Notes under the pieces: model-generated | The model's database searches: none | What the model was told of the DNA's origin: nothing | Seen by the model: only the letters and a program-made list of their open reading frames with translations | Program-made: the position numbers and the translations under genes | Part shown: one piece after another, positions 29,222 to 39,696 of the stretch | Position numbering within the stretch: the stretch's first letter is position 1 | Layout of the letters: the number at the start of each line of letters is the position of its first letter | Source of the DNA: Cytophagales bacterium | GTDB lineage: Bacteria > Bacteroidota > Bacteroidia > Cytophagales > Cyclobacteriaceae | DNA length: 64,000 nt | Assembly: GCA_031416795.1 (NCBI GenBank) | Contig: JANOUH010000152.1 | Location: forward strand, 9,183-73,182 | Direction of reading: 5' to 3'

Positions 29222-31511
29222 CGTTCTCCGTACCGAGAAGCCTTGGATCCCAAAAGCAATAAAATATATCTGGATTGCTTTTCTCTGTTTCATGCTGGGG
29301 TTCCCGCTCTACATTTTTACTGTAAGCATCAACTTGTTTGGCGCGTATGGCGAAATGCCAAGCTTGGTGGAAGTGGAGAATCCTGAAAACGATCTCTCAT
29401 CTGAAATTATTTCTGCAGATGGCGTTTCATTGGGAAGATACTTTCGTTACAACCGCAGTCAGGTTCATTATGAAGAACTTTCAGAAGATCTGGTTAACAC
29501 ACTCATCATCTCAGAAGATCATCGGTTTTACAACCACTCCGGGTTGGATTTCCCTGCCTATTTACGCGTAATCTATGGGTTGCTCACGCTTAATCCGAAA
29601 GGAGGTGGCAGTACGATAACACAACAGCTTGCCAAAAATCTTTACACGATGAATCCAGATCGTAGTCTGGATGGTTGGCTGAGCAAGCTTGGAAAAATAC
29701 CCAAACGCGTGATTCAAAAAACCAAAGAGTGGATCATCTCCATAAATCTGGAGAGAAATTTTACCAAAGAGGAAATCATTGCCATGTATTTAAACACGGC
29801 AACCTATAGCAGTAATACGTTTGGAATAAAAGTAGCCGCAGAAACTTATTTCAATAAACAACCGGATAGCCTAAACCTACAAGAGTCGGCTGTACTGGTA
29901 GGCATGTTGCAAGCCGCGACCTTTTTTGATCCAAATCGCAATCCTGAAAACTCACTGCAAAAGCGTAACGAAATATTTTACAAAATTTACAAGCACGGTT
30001 ACAAAATTGAAACGCGCGAACAATACGATTCGATAAAGGCCCTTCCTATTGAACTAAACTATAGTGTGCAAAATCAAAATGAGGGATTGGCCACCTATTT
30101 TCGAACCGTTCTGAGCAATTTTTTGCTTGAGTATTGCAAGGAAAGAGGCATTGACTTATATAATTCCGGATTAAAAATATACACAACTCTCGATAGCCGT
30201 TTGCAAAAATATGCAGAAGAGTCCATGAACGAGCACATGGCTACCTATCAGGAAAAATTTTATTCTGAGTGGACAAAAAGAAATAGAAACCCATGGGTGG
30301 ATGATGATGGCCGGGAGATCAAAGACTTTATCCAAAGGAGAATCAAACAATCGGATGCTTATAGAATTTATGCTGAGAAATACGGTGAGAATTCTGATTC
30401 ACTAAAGATCATGCTCAGCTTGAAAAAGCCGATGACCATTTTCACGTGGGATGGCGAGCGAGACACGCTCTTCAGCAGCATAGATTCTGTAAATTACTAT
30501 AAGCGTTTCTTGCAAGCAGGCTTCATGTCAATGGATCCTTACACCGGTCATATCAAAGCGTGGGTGGGTGGCATCAATCATAAGTACTTCAAGTATGACC
30601 ACGTCATGCAAGGAAAGAGACAGGCCGGCTCTACCTTTAAGCCATTTGTTTATGGGCTAGCCATGGAAAATGGTTATTCACCATGCCATCCTATGAAAGA
30701 TATTTCACCACAGTTTAATATACCCGGACAACCCGCTTGGTATCCTCCGAATGCCGATGGCACAAAAGGTAGTGGTAAAACCTTCACCATTCGGCAGGCG
30801 ATGGCGCAATCATTAAACTCTATCACTGCGCAAATGATGCAAGCACTAAAAGAAGAAAATGTTGTGGAGTTTGCAAATCGGTGTGGAATTGAAAGTAAGC
30901 TAGATGCAGTGCCTTCGCTTTGTTTAGGGACGAGTGATGTTTCATTGTTCGAAATGGTGGGAGCCTATTGCACGTTCGTCAACGGAGGCATTCGAACAGA
31001 ACCAATATTCCTAACACGTATTGAAGATAAGAATGGAAACGTGATTGAGAGCTTCAACCCTAAAACCCGCGAAGCAATTAATGAGCAAACTGCCTACAAG
31101 ATGATTTACATGTTGCGAGGTGGAACAGAAGAAGAAGGAGGAACATCGCTCGGTTTGCCTCGTGAACTTCGCATCGATAATGAGATTGGTGGCAAAACTG
31201 GAACCACGAACAATGCTTCTGACGGATGGTATATGGGGGTTACTCATGATCTGGTATCCGGTGCATGGGTAGGTGGTGATGAGCGTGCTATCCATTTCCC
31301 GTCATGGACCTTCGGTCAAGGTGGGCAATCAGCACGACCAATCTGGGCCAAATACATGGTGAAACTTTATAACGATCAGGCATCCGGCATTACCAAAGGT
31401 CAGTTTAAGAGACCTGCCAGCGGACTCGATATGACACTGGATTGCAGCAAACACAATCTGCCCGACTCGCTTGATATGCGGGATGAAGAAGCCTGGAAAT
31501 TTGACAATTAA
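29172..31511 (+). CDS. mrcA: Penicillin-binding protein 1A (bifunctional glycosyltransferase/transpeptidase)
   Basis: GT51 motifs EDHRFYNHSGLD and GGSTITQQLAKN. Transpeptidase motifs STFK, SLN, KTGTT. Confidence 0.92.
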   Translation: MSTSPSLIETIKSKINSVLRTEKPWIPKAIKYIWIAFLCFMLGFPLYIFTVSINLFGAYGEMPSLVEVENPENDLSSEIISADGVSLGRYFRYNRSQVHYEELSEDLVNTLIISEDHRFYNHSGLDFPAYLRVIYGLLTLNPKGGGSTITQQLAKNLYTMNPDRSLDGWLSKLGKIPKRVIQKTKEWIISINLERNFTKEEIIAMYLNTATYSSNTFGIKVAAETYFNKQPDSLNLQESAVLVGMLQAATFFDPNRNPENSLQKRNEIFYKIYKHGYKIETREQYDSIKALPIELNYSVQNQNEGLATYFRTVLSNFLLEYCKERGIDLYNSGLKIYTTLDSRLQKYAEESMNEHMATYQEKFYSEWTKRNRNPWVDDDGREIKDFIQRRIKQSDAYRIYAEKYGENSDSLKIMLSLKKPMTIFTWDGERDTLFSSIDSVNYYKRFLQAGFMSMDPYTGHIKAWVGGINHKYFKYDHVMQGKRQAGSTFKPFVYGLAMENGYSPCHPMKDISPQFNIPGQPAWYPPNADGTKGSGKTFTIRQAMAQSLNSITAQMMQALKEENVVEFANRCGIESKLDAVPSLCLGTSDVSLFEMVGAYCTFVNGGIRTEPIFLTRIEDKNGNVIESFNPKTREAINEQTAYKMIYMLRGGTEEEGGTSLGLPRELRIDNEIGGKTGTTNNASDGWYMGVTHDLVSGAWVGGDERAIHFPSWTFGQGGQSARPIWAKYMVKLYNDQASGITKGQFKRPASGLDMTLDCSKHNLPDSLDMRDEEAWKFDN

Positions 31512-31520
31512 AATTTACCG

Positions 31521-31582
31521 TTACAATTTTTGATTTACGATTGCTTTATCAATAGAGTTCAATCGTAAATTGCGAATTGTAA
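31521..31582 (+). terminator. Nested dyad-symmetry element between mrcA and uvrC (possible U-tract-less terminator)
   Basis: TTACAATT..ATTTACGATTG (16-nt loop) CAATCGTAAAT..AATTGTAA read directly. No downstream T-run. Confidence 0.3.
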
Positions 31583-31591
31583 ATTCAACGT

Positions 31592-33382
31592 GTGTTGCCA
31601 GATCAAGTAAAAGATACTATCTCATCTCTTCCGGATTCACCCGGCATCTATCGCTATTACAATCGCGATGGAGAATTGATTTATGTAGGCAAGGCAAAAA
31701 GCCTGAAGAAAAGAGTTTCAAGTTATTTTAATAAGCAATCGCAATACAATCGTAAAACTGAAAAGCTGGTTTCGGAAATTAATAAGATCGAATTCACCAT
31801 CACCAACTCAGAGTTTGATGCACTGCTGCTCGAAAACAATTTCATCAAACAAAATCAACCTAAGTATAACATCCTGCTGAAGGATGATAAGACCTTTCCA
31901 TACCTCTGCATCTTAAAGGAACGCTTTCCACGAATTATTTATACCCGGAAATACATTCCTAAACAAGGTGAATACTTTGGGCCCTACACCAGTGTGGTTT
32001 CGATGAAGGCTGTATTGGAACTTGTGCGGCAGTTGTATTCGATACGCACCTGCTCATTACTTCTCACGAAGGAGAATATTGAACAAAGGAAATTCAAAGT
32101 TTGTCTTGAATTTCATATTGGCAATTGCAAAGGCCCTTGCGAAGGACTGCAGGAAGAAACTAGCTATTTAGAAGAAATCGTACAGGCACGAAATATTTTA
32201 AAAGGTGACCTCAGCGTAGTCGAAGATGAATTCGCCAGAAGAATGAACGAAGCGTCTTCAATGCTTGAGTTTGAGAAAGCTGCGTTTTATAAACACAAGC
32301 TTGAATTACTGGAGAAATTCCAGATCAAATCGTTGGTGGTAAATAGAAAACTCACCGACATCGATGTCATCACCATCACCAGTTCTGAAACGAATGCCTT
32401 CATTAACTATTTGCAGATTAAGGAAGGCTCCATCATCTTTTCAAAAAATGTTGAAGTCAAAAAGAAACTGGATGAGGCAGATGAAGATATTTTGAGTCTT
32501 GTGGTTCAGGAGTTGCGCAGTACCTATCGAAGTAACAACCCCGAAGTTTATACTAACCTTGCGCTGACGGTTAAATCCGATGAGTTTGAGAATGTCATTC
32601 CTCAAATTGGTGATAAAAAGAAACTCGTTGACTTATCGTTAAAGAATGCGCTCTATCTCAAGAAAGAAAAAGAGATCGATCGCGAAGAAAAAAAATCAAG
32701 GAAGAACAAAGTACTGCACATCATGCAGGAAAATCTTCGCTTATTGAATTATCCCAAAATCATTGAGTGCTTTGATAACTCAAACTTTCAAGGCACCAAC
32801 CCGGTTGCTTCGATGGTTCGCTTTGTAGATGGTAAGCCCGACAAAAAAGGATATCGTCATTTCAATATTAAGACCGTTACCGGCCCCGATGACTTTGCCT
32901 CGATGAAAGAAATTGTAGGAAGGCGATACAAGCGAATCCTGGAAGAGGAAAGCGTGTATCCAAACTTAATTATTGTAGATGGAGGCAAAGGACAATTAAG
33001 TAGTGCGTGCGAAGCATTGCAGGAGCTTGGTTTATATGGAAAAATTCCAATTATAGGCATTGCTAAAAGGCTGGAAGAGATTTATTATCCGGATGACTCT
33101 GTGCCATTGCTGATCAGCAAGAAATCTCCAGCCTTATTACTCATTCAACGCATACGTGACGAAGCGCACCGGTTTGCCATCACCTTCCACCGGCAAAAAA
33201 GAAGTAACTCTACATTCGTTACCGAGATTGAAAATATTGCAGGCATCGGAAAGAAAACTGCCGATAAACTCCTTGCTCATTTCAAGTCTGTGAAAAAAAT
33301 TAAAAAAGCTGATCTGGATGAGTTAACAAAAATTGCCGGGGAGAAAATCGCCAGAAAAATCAAAGAATTACCTCAGGGTTAA
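31592..33382 (+). CDS. uvrC: Excinuclease ABC subunit C
   Basis: GIY-YIG start PGIYRYYNRDGELIYVGKAKSLKKRVSSYF, UVR domain, and C-terminal HhH; GTG start. Confidence 0.95.
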   Translation: MLPDQVKDTISSLPDSPGIYRYYNRDGELIYVGKAKSLKKRVSSYFNKQSQYNRKTEKLVSEINKIEFTITNSEFDALLLENNFIKQNQPKYNILLKDDKTFPYLCILKERFPRIIYTRKYIPKQGEYFGPYTSVVSMKAVLELVRQLYSIRTCSLLLTKENIEQRKFKVCLEFHIGNCKGPCEGLQEETSYLEEIVQARNILKGDLSVVEDEFARRMNEASSMLEFEKAAFYKHKLELLEKFQIKSLVVNRKLTDIDVITITSSETNAFINYLQIKEGSIIFSKNVEVKKKLDEADEDILSLVVQELRSTYRSNNPEVYTNLALTVKSDEFENVIPQIGDKKKLVDLSLKNALYLKKEKEIDREEKKSRKNKVLHIMQENLRLLNYPKIIECFDNSNFQGTNPVASMVRFVDGKPDKKGYRHFNIKTVTGPDDFASMKEIVGRRYKRILEEESVYPNLIIVDGGKGQLSSACEALQELGLYGKIPIIGIAKRLEEIYYPDDSVPLLISKKSPALLLIQRIRDEAHRFAITFHRQKRSNSTFVTEIENIAGIGKKTADKLLAHFKSVKKIKKADLDELTKIAGEKIARKIKELPQG

Positions 33383-33391
33383 TCCACACCT

Positions 33392-33427
33392 AAAAAAACA
33401 GGTTGTAATGACCGACCATTCCAACCT
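33392..33427 (-). terminator. Rho-independent terminator for the peptidase gene (hairpin shared with uvrC 3' end)
   Basis: Minus strand: AGGTTGgAATGgtcggtCATTaCAACCT followed by GTTTTTTT. Confidence 0.55.
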
Positions 33428-33434
33428 AAATTAA

Positions 33435-35576
33435 TTACATGTCTTTTGTAGCCAGCGGGGGAACAATGCCCATATTATACCAAGTGAAGGCATACTGATC
33501 AGCCATTGATTCAATTGCCTTGGTTAAGTTAGAAGCTCCATGACCAGACTTCGTGTCGATGCGAATAAGCACGGGGTTTGTACCTACATTTTTTTCTTGT
33601 AGTGCGGCTGCAAACTTGAATGAATGTGCTGGCACCACCCGATCATCATGATCGGCCGTTGTTACCATCGTTGCCGGATAAGTCGTGTTCTCTTTCAGCG
33701 CGTGCACTGGAGAATATTTTTTTAAGTATTCAAACATTTCTTTTGAGTCATCGGCTGTGCCGTAATCATACGCCCATCCCGCACCAGCGGTAAACTTGTG
33801 ATATCGAAGCATGTCCATTACACCTACGGCTGGCAATGCTACTTTCATAAGCTCAGGTCGCTGTGTCATAGTTGCTCCTACCAGCAATCCACCATTTGAT
33901 CCGCCAGAGATAGCGAGATAATTGCTTGAGGTATATTTCTCCGAAATCATATACTCTGCAGCCGCGATAAAATCATCAAACACATTTTGCTTGCTCATCT
34001 TGGTGCCGGCCAGGTGCCACTTCTCTCCATACTCACCACCTCCACGTAAGTTAGGTTGCGCATAGATGCCTCCGTTTTCCAGCCAGGCAATACGTGATGG
34101 ACTGAAGCCCGGAGTTAAACTCACTCCAAAGCCACCATAAGCATACAGCCATGTTGGGTTTTTACCGTTTAATTCGATGCCCTTCTTATGTACAATAAAC
34201 ATCGGCACTTTCGTTCCGTCTTTGCTGGTGTAGAAAACCTGTTTGGTTTCATATTCATCAGGATTGAAGTCAACCTTAGGCTGATAGTATAACGAAGAAG
34301 TTCCAGCTGCTATAACGTACCTATAGATCGTGGTTGGATACGTGAACGATGTGAATGAATAATATAACACCTTGTCATTTTCTTCTGCACCAAAACCACC
34401 CGCAGAACCAATGCCGGGCAAAGCAACTTCTCGAACTAGTCTTCCTTTCAAATCGAATTGCTTCACTTGCGTTTTCACATCAACTGTATAATCTGCAAAT
34501 AAATACCCACCACCGGTAGATGCACTTAATACATTTTCTGTTTCCGGAATCACATCTTTCCAGTTTTCAGGAGTTGGTTTAGAGAAATCAACTTCCACAA
34601 CGCGGTTGTTAGGTGCATTCAAATTGGTTTGAATCAGAAGTCGGCTACCGTCATTTCCGATGATATTGTTTTCATTATCAAAATGATTCACCATCGAAAT
34701 CAACTTGCCATTGGGGTCATTCAAATCTTGAATATAAAGTTCATTACCTGTTGTGCTGGTTGCTGCCGATATGACTAAAAAGCGTTCATCCTCAGTAAGA
34801 CCTCCACCTACATATCTGCGAGGATCTTTATCATCCCCAAAAATGAGCTTATCATCACTACGAGGTGTAGCTACTTTATGATAATAAAGCTTATGGCTAT
34901 TTGTTTTTGCTGTCAACTGGCTACCCTTCGGTTTTTCATACGTGCTGAAATAAAATCCATCATTGCCTCTCCATGAAATGCCGCTGAACTTAATGTTTCG
35001 GATGGTGTCTTCTAAAATGGTTTTGTCAATGGAACTCATCACAATGGCCTCCGTCCAGTCGGCACCTCCTTTTGAAATTTGATAGGCAACACGCGAACCA
35101 TCTTTTGAAAACGATACACCCGCTAACCGAGTCGTTCCATCCTTTGAAAACACGTTTGGATCAAGGAAGACTTCAGCCTCACCTTGCTCACTTTTTTTAC
35201 GAAACAGGACCGAATGATTTTGCAATCCTTCGTTCTTATAGAAATAGATGTAATCACCGCGCTTGAAGGGTGAACCAACCTTTTCGTAATTATTAAGGGC
35301 TTCCAGTCGCTTCTTGATTTGCTCTCGGTAAGGGATTTTTTCAAGGAAGCCAAACGTAACTTCATTCTGAGATGTCACCCAATCGGCAACCTGCTTCGTG
35401 GTGTCATTTTCCATCCAACGATAGGGGTCTGGCACCGCATCGCCAAAATAATTATCGACTGTATCCACTTTTGCGGCAACAGGGTATTTGGAAATGGTTT
35501 CAGGTTTTGGTGGATTGGAGCATGACATGATTATGGCAACAAATAAGATAGAAAATATAAATAATGAATATTTCAT
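33435..35576 (-). CDS. Prolyl oligopeptidase (S9A) family serine peptidase, secreted/lipoprotein
   Basis: DPYRWMEN N-terminal motif, GGSNGGLL nucleophile elbow, C-terminal DDRV and GHG; signal peptide ending in SC. Confidence 0.92.
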   Translation of the reverse strand: MKYSLFIFSILFVAIIMSCSNPPKPETISKYPVAAKVDTVDNYFGDAVPDPYRWMENDTTKQVADWVTSQNEVTFGFLEKIPYREQIKKRLEALNNYEKVGSPFKRGDYIYFYKNEGLQNHSVLFRKKSEQGEAEVFLDPNVFSKDGTTRLAGVSFSKDGSRVAYQISKGGADWTEAIVMSSIDKTILEDTIRNIKFSGISWRGNDGFYFSTYEKPKGSQLTAKTNSHKLYYHKVATPRSDDKLIFGDDKDPRRYVGGGLTEDERFLVISAATSTTGNELYIQDLNDPNGKLISMVNHFDNENNIIGNDGSRLLIQTNLNAPNNRVVEVDFSKPTPENWKDVIPETENVLSASTGGGYLFADYTVDVKTQVKQFDLKGRLVREVALPGIGSAGGFGAEENDKVLYYSFTSFTYPTTIYRYVIAAGTSSLYYQPKVDFNPDEYETKQVFYTSKDGTKVPMFIVHKKGIELNGKNPTWLYAYGGFGVSLTPGFSPSRIAWLENGGIYAQPNLRGGGEYGEKWHLAGTKMSKQNVFDDFIAAAEYMISEKYTSSNYLAISGGSNGGLLVGATMTQRPELMKVALPAVGVMDMLRYHKFTAGAGWAYDYGTADDSKEMFEYLKKYSPVHALKENTTYPATMVTTADHDDRVVPAHSFKFAAALQEKNVGTNPVLIRIDTKSGHGASNLTKAIESMADQYAFTWYNMGIVPPLATKDM

Positions 35577-35705
35577 AATGATAATTTTAGCATGACAATA
35601 TTAAAGGGTCTGTTCATGGCAATCAAGCCGTATTTAATCTTAAGAAAGGTGTGACCTTGTATGATGAAAGTAATAACTTAACAGCGAAATAATTGTTACA
35701 GCTAC

Positions 35706-36482
35706 ATGAATTCAAAATTACTGGCTACCCTTAACCTACTCGCCTTAGGAGGTGTGCTTACCATAAATACACTGGCCATTATACTTCCTATTAATGGAAT
35801 GAGCACTGGCGAGCTTTCAGACATTTATCCGAGCTTGTTCACCCCAGCAGGATTTACATTTTCGATATGGAGTGTTATCTATATCTTATTGATTGGTTTT
35901 GCAATTGTACAATGGACAATCTTATCAAAACCTTATTTTACTGAATTGTCACTTTGGTTTTTACTCTCCTCACTGGCCAATATAAGTTGGATTCTCGCCT
36001 GGCATTACCTCTTCATTTATGCTTCGGTACTGATCATGCTGATTCTCTTGTTTTCACTCATCCGAATCTTCCTATTATTTCAGTCTTTTGATCTGAATAC
36101 ATGGAAAGAAAAAATATTTATCAAACTGACATTTATCTTTTATTTCTCCTGGATTTGTGTCGCTAGCATTGCCAACATTTCTGCATTGCTGGTTTCACTT
36201 TCGTGGGATGGTGGATTTCTATCACCGGTCACTTGGACAATATCGATGATTACCGTTGCCAGTATGCTGGGCACTTATATTTCAGGGCGCTTTCGCGAGC
36301 CCGCATTTTTAATAGTCTTGATTTGGGCGCTTTATGGAATTTACAGCAAGTGGAATGGCACAGAAAATAATACAATCGCTCTCACAGCTCTTGTGGAATT
36401 AGCATTGCTGGCTGTTCTATTCTTTGTTTTCCGATTTGGACCAAGAGGAGAATCGGGTAATCAAATACTTAAAAAAAGCTAG
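35706..36482 (+). CDS. Polytopic membrane protein, TspO/MBR-like (tentative)
   Basis: About 7 TM helices, Trp-rich. LFTPAGFTFSIWSVIY motif seen in proteins labelled tryptophan-rich sensory protein-like. Not verified. Confidence 0.4.
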   Translation: MNSKLLATLNLLALGGVLTINTLAIILPINGMSTGELSDIYPSLFTPAGFTFSIWSVIYILLIGFAIVQWTILSKPYFTELSLWFLLSSLANISWILAWHYLFIYASVLIMLILLFSLIRIFLLFQSFDLNTWKEKIFIKLTFIFYFSWICVASIANISALLVSLSWDGGFLSPVTWTISMITVASMLGTYISGRFREPAFLIVLIWALYGIYSKWNGTENNTIALTALVELALLAVLFFVFRFGPRGESGNQILKKS

Positions 36483-36520
36483 CCCATTGAGCTATCTTTT
36501 TTCTAAACAGTATTTTATTT

Positions 36521-37804
36521 CTAATTAATCATTTCAAATCCGGTATAAGGGATTAACACTTTAGGAATTCTAATTCCTTCAGGCGTTTGATTGTTTTCTA
36601 ACAACGCAGCAACAATCCGAGGAAGTGCAAGCGCACTGCCATTGAGTGTATGCAACAACTGCATCTTACCTTCTTTATTTTTGTATCGCAACTTCAAACG
36701 ATTAGCCTGAAAGGTTTCGAAGTTACTCACTGAGCTTACCTCCAACCAACGTTGCTGTGCGGCTGAATACACCTCCATATCGTACGTTACGGCAGAGTTA
36801 AATCCCATATCTCCTCCACACAATAATAACTTGCGATAAGGCAATTCCAGCTTCTCTAATAATCCTTGCACGTGGGCGCACATTACTTCTAAAGTCTGAT
36901 AAGAATCTTCTGGTTTTGTTACCTGTACGATTTCAACTTTATCAAACTGATGCAACCTGTTCAATCCTCGAACATGTGCCCCCCAGCTTCCTGCTTCTCT
37001 GCGAAAACAAGGTGTGTAACCAACATTTTTTATAGGTAACTCTCCTTCACTTAAAATCACATCGCGATATAAGTTGGTAATTGGCACTTCGGCAGTGGGG
37101 ATTAGATACAAACCATCTTCGTTCACAAAATACATTTGCCCTTCCTTGTCGGGAAGTTGGCCTGTTCCATAGCCACTCGCTTCATTCACCACAATCGGTG
37201 GCTGTATTTCTTTGTATCCGGCATTACCGGCTTCATTCAAAAAGAAATTAATAAGAGCGCGTTGTAGCCTGGCGCCTTTTCCCTTATACACGGGAAACCC
37301 GGCACCAGCGATTTTTATACCGAGGTCAAAATCAATGATGTCATATTTCTTGATTAGTTCCCAATGAGGAATGGCATCGGCAGCCAATGTAGGGATGGTT
37401 CCGTGTTGATGAACCGTAATGTTATCCTCAGCACTTTTCCCAGCAGGAACAATCGGAGCCGGCACATTGGGTATTTTATACAATATCTCTATCTGCTTCT
37501 TTTCAAAATCAGTGAGACTTTCCTCCAGGGCTTTTACTTTATCCTTGTCAGCGGCTACCGAAGCTCGCAGCGCAGCAGCCTCATCTGCATTACCTGATTT
37601 CATTAACTCTCCAATCTTCTTTGAATCAGCATTCGATTTTGCCTTGAGCGAGTCAAGTGTGTTTTGTGTTTCTCTTCGCAGCTTGTCATTCCCGATGATC
37701 TGCTCTACCAGAACTTCGGCTTCTTTAAAGTTTCTTTTTTTCAACCCGTCTATCACGGCACTGGTCTGCTCACGCAAAATCTGAAGTGTTAACATACTCG
37801 TCAT
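36521..37804 (-). CDS. serS: Serine--tRNA ligase
   Basis: N-terminal coiled-coil arm and class II motifs (FRREAGS.G....GL.R.HQF, TLNGSALA..R). Confidence 0.97.
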   Translation of the reverse strand: MTSMLTLQILREQTSAVIDGLKKRNFKEAEVLVEQIIGNDKLRRETQNTLDSLKAKSNADSKKIGELMKSGNADEAAALRASVAADKDKVKALEESLTDFEKKQIEILYKIPNVPAPIVPAGKSAEDNITVHQHGTIPTLAADAIPHWELIKKYDIIDFDLGIKIAGAGFPVYKGKGARLQRALINFFLNEAGNAGYKEIQPPIVVNEASGYGTGQLPDKEGQMYFVNEDGLYLIPTAEVPITNLYRDVILSEGELPIKNVGYTPCFRREAGSWGAHVRGLNRLHQFDKVEIVQVTKPEDSYQTLEVMCAHVQGLLEKLELPYRKLLLCGGDMGFNSAVTYDMEVYSAAQQRWLEVSSVSNFETFQANRLKLRYKNKEGKMQLLHTLNGSALALPRIVAALLENNQTPEGIRIPKVLIPYTGFEMIN

Positions 37805-38029
37805 TTAAGAGGCCAAAATTAGCCAATATTTTTTCATCGAATTTGATTATAATCAATTTTGAACTATACTTGCAGTGTCATCGCAGGCCGATCAGGCCAT
37901 CAACGATAAAAAACCCTGTACTTACGATTTCTTTCGACTAACTGTTAACTGTTTTGATTTTTGCTGTCTACCAGCGTAGCATAACACCAAAAAAATTTTC
38001 CTTCATAACTAATCCTTTTTTAAACTAAC

Positions 38030-39622
38030 ATGTACACAATTGATGACCTGAACCTCAGGCTCCTTTCTGAATTAAAAGAAATTGCAGAGGGCATGGGCGT
38101 AAAAAACGCCAAGAAACTCGCTAAGCAAGATTTAGTTTACAAAATCCTAGACCAACAGGCTATTTCAGATGAACCTGAGCCTCCCGCACCAATTGTTTTA
38201 AAAAAACAAGCACCATCTTCACATGAGCCGGAACGAAAAATGCGCCCACGCAGAAGAGAAAATGTTGCTCCCGAAGTAGCTGCATCACCAAAGGAAGAGG
38301 AAGAGGAAAAAAAAATTAGCAATATCAGCAATGAAGAGGTGCCTCAGAACTTCAATAACAATGAAGAAACAAAGGAGATCTCTAAATTGGATGAAGTGCA
38401 GGAGATCATCGCTCCGGTAGTAGAAATTGTGCGCAAAGAAGTGCGCGAAGAACGATCTTATCAGAATCAAAATCAGCAACCCAGAAAGGAAAATTTGATT
38501 CGAGATTTTGATGGCGTGGTTGCCAATGAAGGTGTGTTGGAAATAATGCAGGACGGATATGGATTCCTCCGCTCATCCGATTATCACTACTTAGCCAGTC
38601 CAGATGATATTTATGTTTCTCCATCTCAAATTAAATTATTTGGTCTTAAGGTAGGTGATACTGTAAAAGGTCAGATCAGACCTCCAAAAGAAGGAGAAAA
38701 ATATTTTGCCTTATTGAAAGTAGATAGCATCAACGGTAAGACTACGGAAGAAATTCGTGACCGTGTTGCCTTCGAATATCTTACCCCTCTTTTCCCTGAG
38801 CAAAAATTAAAACTCAGCACTACTCATGATAATCTTTCAACGCGTATTCTTGATCTTTTCGCTCCGATCGGAAAAGGCCAGCGTGGTATGATTGTCGCCC
38901 AGCCAAAAACCGGTAAGACAGTATTACTAAAAAACATTGCTAACGCCATTGCTGAAAATCATCCAGAGGTTTACTTGATCGTTCTCCTTATTGATGAACG
39001 TCCTGAAGAAGTTACCGATATGGCACGCAGCGTAAAGGCTGAAGTAATTGCCTCCACCTTTGACGAGCAAGCTGAACGTCATGTGAAAGTGGCCAGCATT
39101 GTGTTGGAAAAAGCTAAGCGTATGACCGAGTGTGGTCACGATGTAGTAATCCTGTTGGATTCCATTACTCGCCTCGCCCGTGCTTATAATACTGTTGTTC
39201 CTTCATCTGGAAAAATTCTTTCTGGTGGTGTTGATGCAAATGCATTACACAAGCCAAAGCGTTTCTTTGGCGCTGCCCGCAAAATTGAAAATGGAGGTTC
39301 GTTAACCATTATCGCTACCGCATTGATCGACACGGGTTCTAAAATGGACGAAGTGATCTTTGAAGAATTCAAAGGTACGGGTAACATGGAATTGCAGCTG
39401 GATCGTAAGCTTTCAAACAGAAGAATGTATCCTTCGATTGATGTTACGGCTTCTGGAACCAGACGCGAAGATTTGTTGATGAAGGAAGAAGAGCTTCAAC
39501 GTGTTTGGATTCTCCGCAAGTTTATGGCCGATATGAATTCAGTAGAAGCGATGGAATTTTTACAAAGCCGCATGAAAGGCACACGTAACAACGAAGAGTT
39601 CTTGATTTCGATGAACGGATAA
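38030..39622 (+). CDS. rho: Transcription termination factor Rho with about 110-aa N-terminal insertion
   Basis: Rho_N helix bundle, OB-fold [14 protein letters not shown]...[15 protein letters not shown]-loop AQPKTGKT, and full ATPase core. Confidence 0.97.
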   Translation: MYTIDDLNLRLLSELKEIAEGMGVKNAKKLAKQDLVYKILDQQAISDEPEPPAPIVLKKQAPSSHEPERKMRPRRRENVAPEVAASPKEEEEEKKISNISNEEVPQNFNNNEETKEISKLDEVQEIIAPVVEIVRKEVREERSYQNQNQQPRKENLIRDFDGVVANEGVLEIMQDGYGFLRSSDYHYLASPDDIYVSPSQIKLFGLKVGDTVKGQIRPPKEGEKYFALLKVDSINGKTTEEIRDRVAFEYLTPLFPEQKLKLSTTHDNLSTRILDLFAPIGKGQRGMIVAQPKTGKTVLLKNIANAIAENHPEVYLIVLLIDERPEEVTDMARSVKAEVIASTFDEQAERHVKVASIVLEKAKRMTECGHDVVILLDSITRLARAYNTVVPSSGKILSGGVDANALHKPKRFFGAARKIENGGSLTIIATALIDTGSKMDEVIFEEFKGTGNMELQLDRKLSNRRMYPSIDVTASGTRREDLLMKEEELQRVWILRKFMADMNSVEAMEFLQSRMKGTRNNEEFLISMNG

Positions 39623-39696
39623 ATACAAGCCGCGAGCAATTAGCCTTGAGTTGCGAGTATTCACTCGTAGCTTCAAAGCTTGCAGCTCATAGCTAA

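Noticed and set aside
37843-37856. TATAAT inside the serS/rho palindrome as a sigma-70 -10 box
   Set aside because: Bacteroidota primary-sigma promoters use TAnnTTTG rather than TATAAT. The hexamer is more simply explained as the centre of the palindrome.
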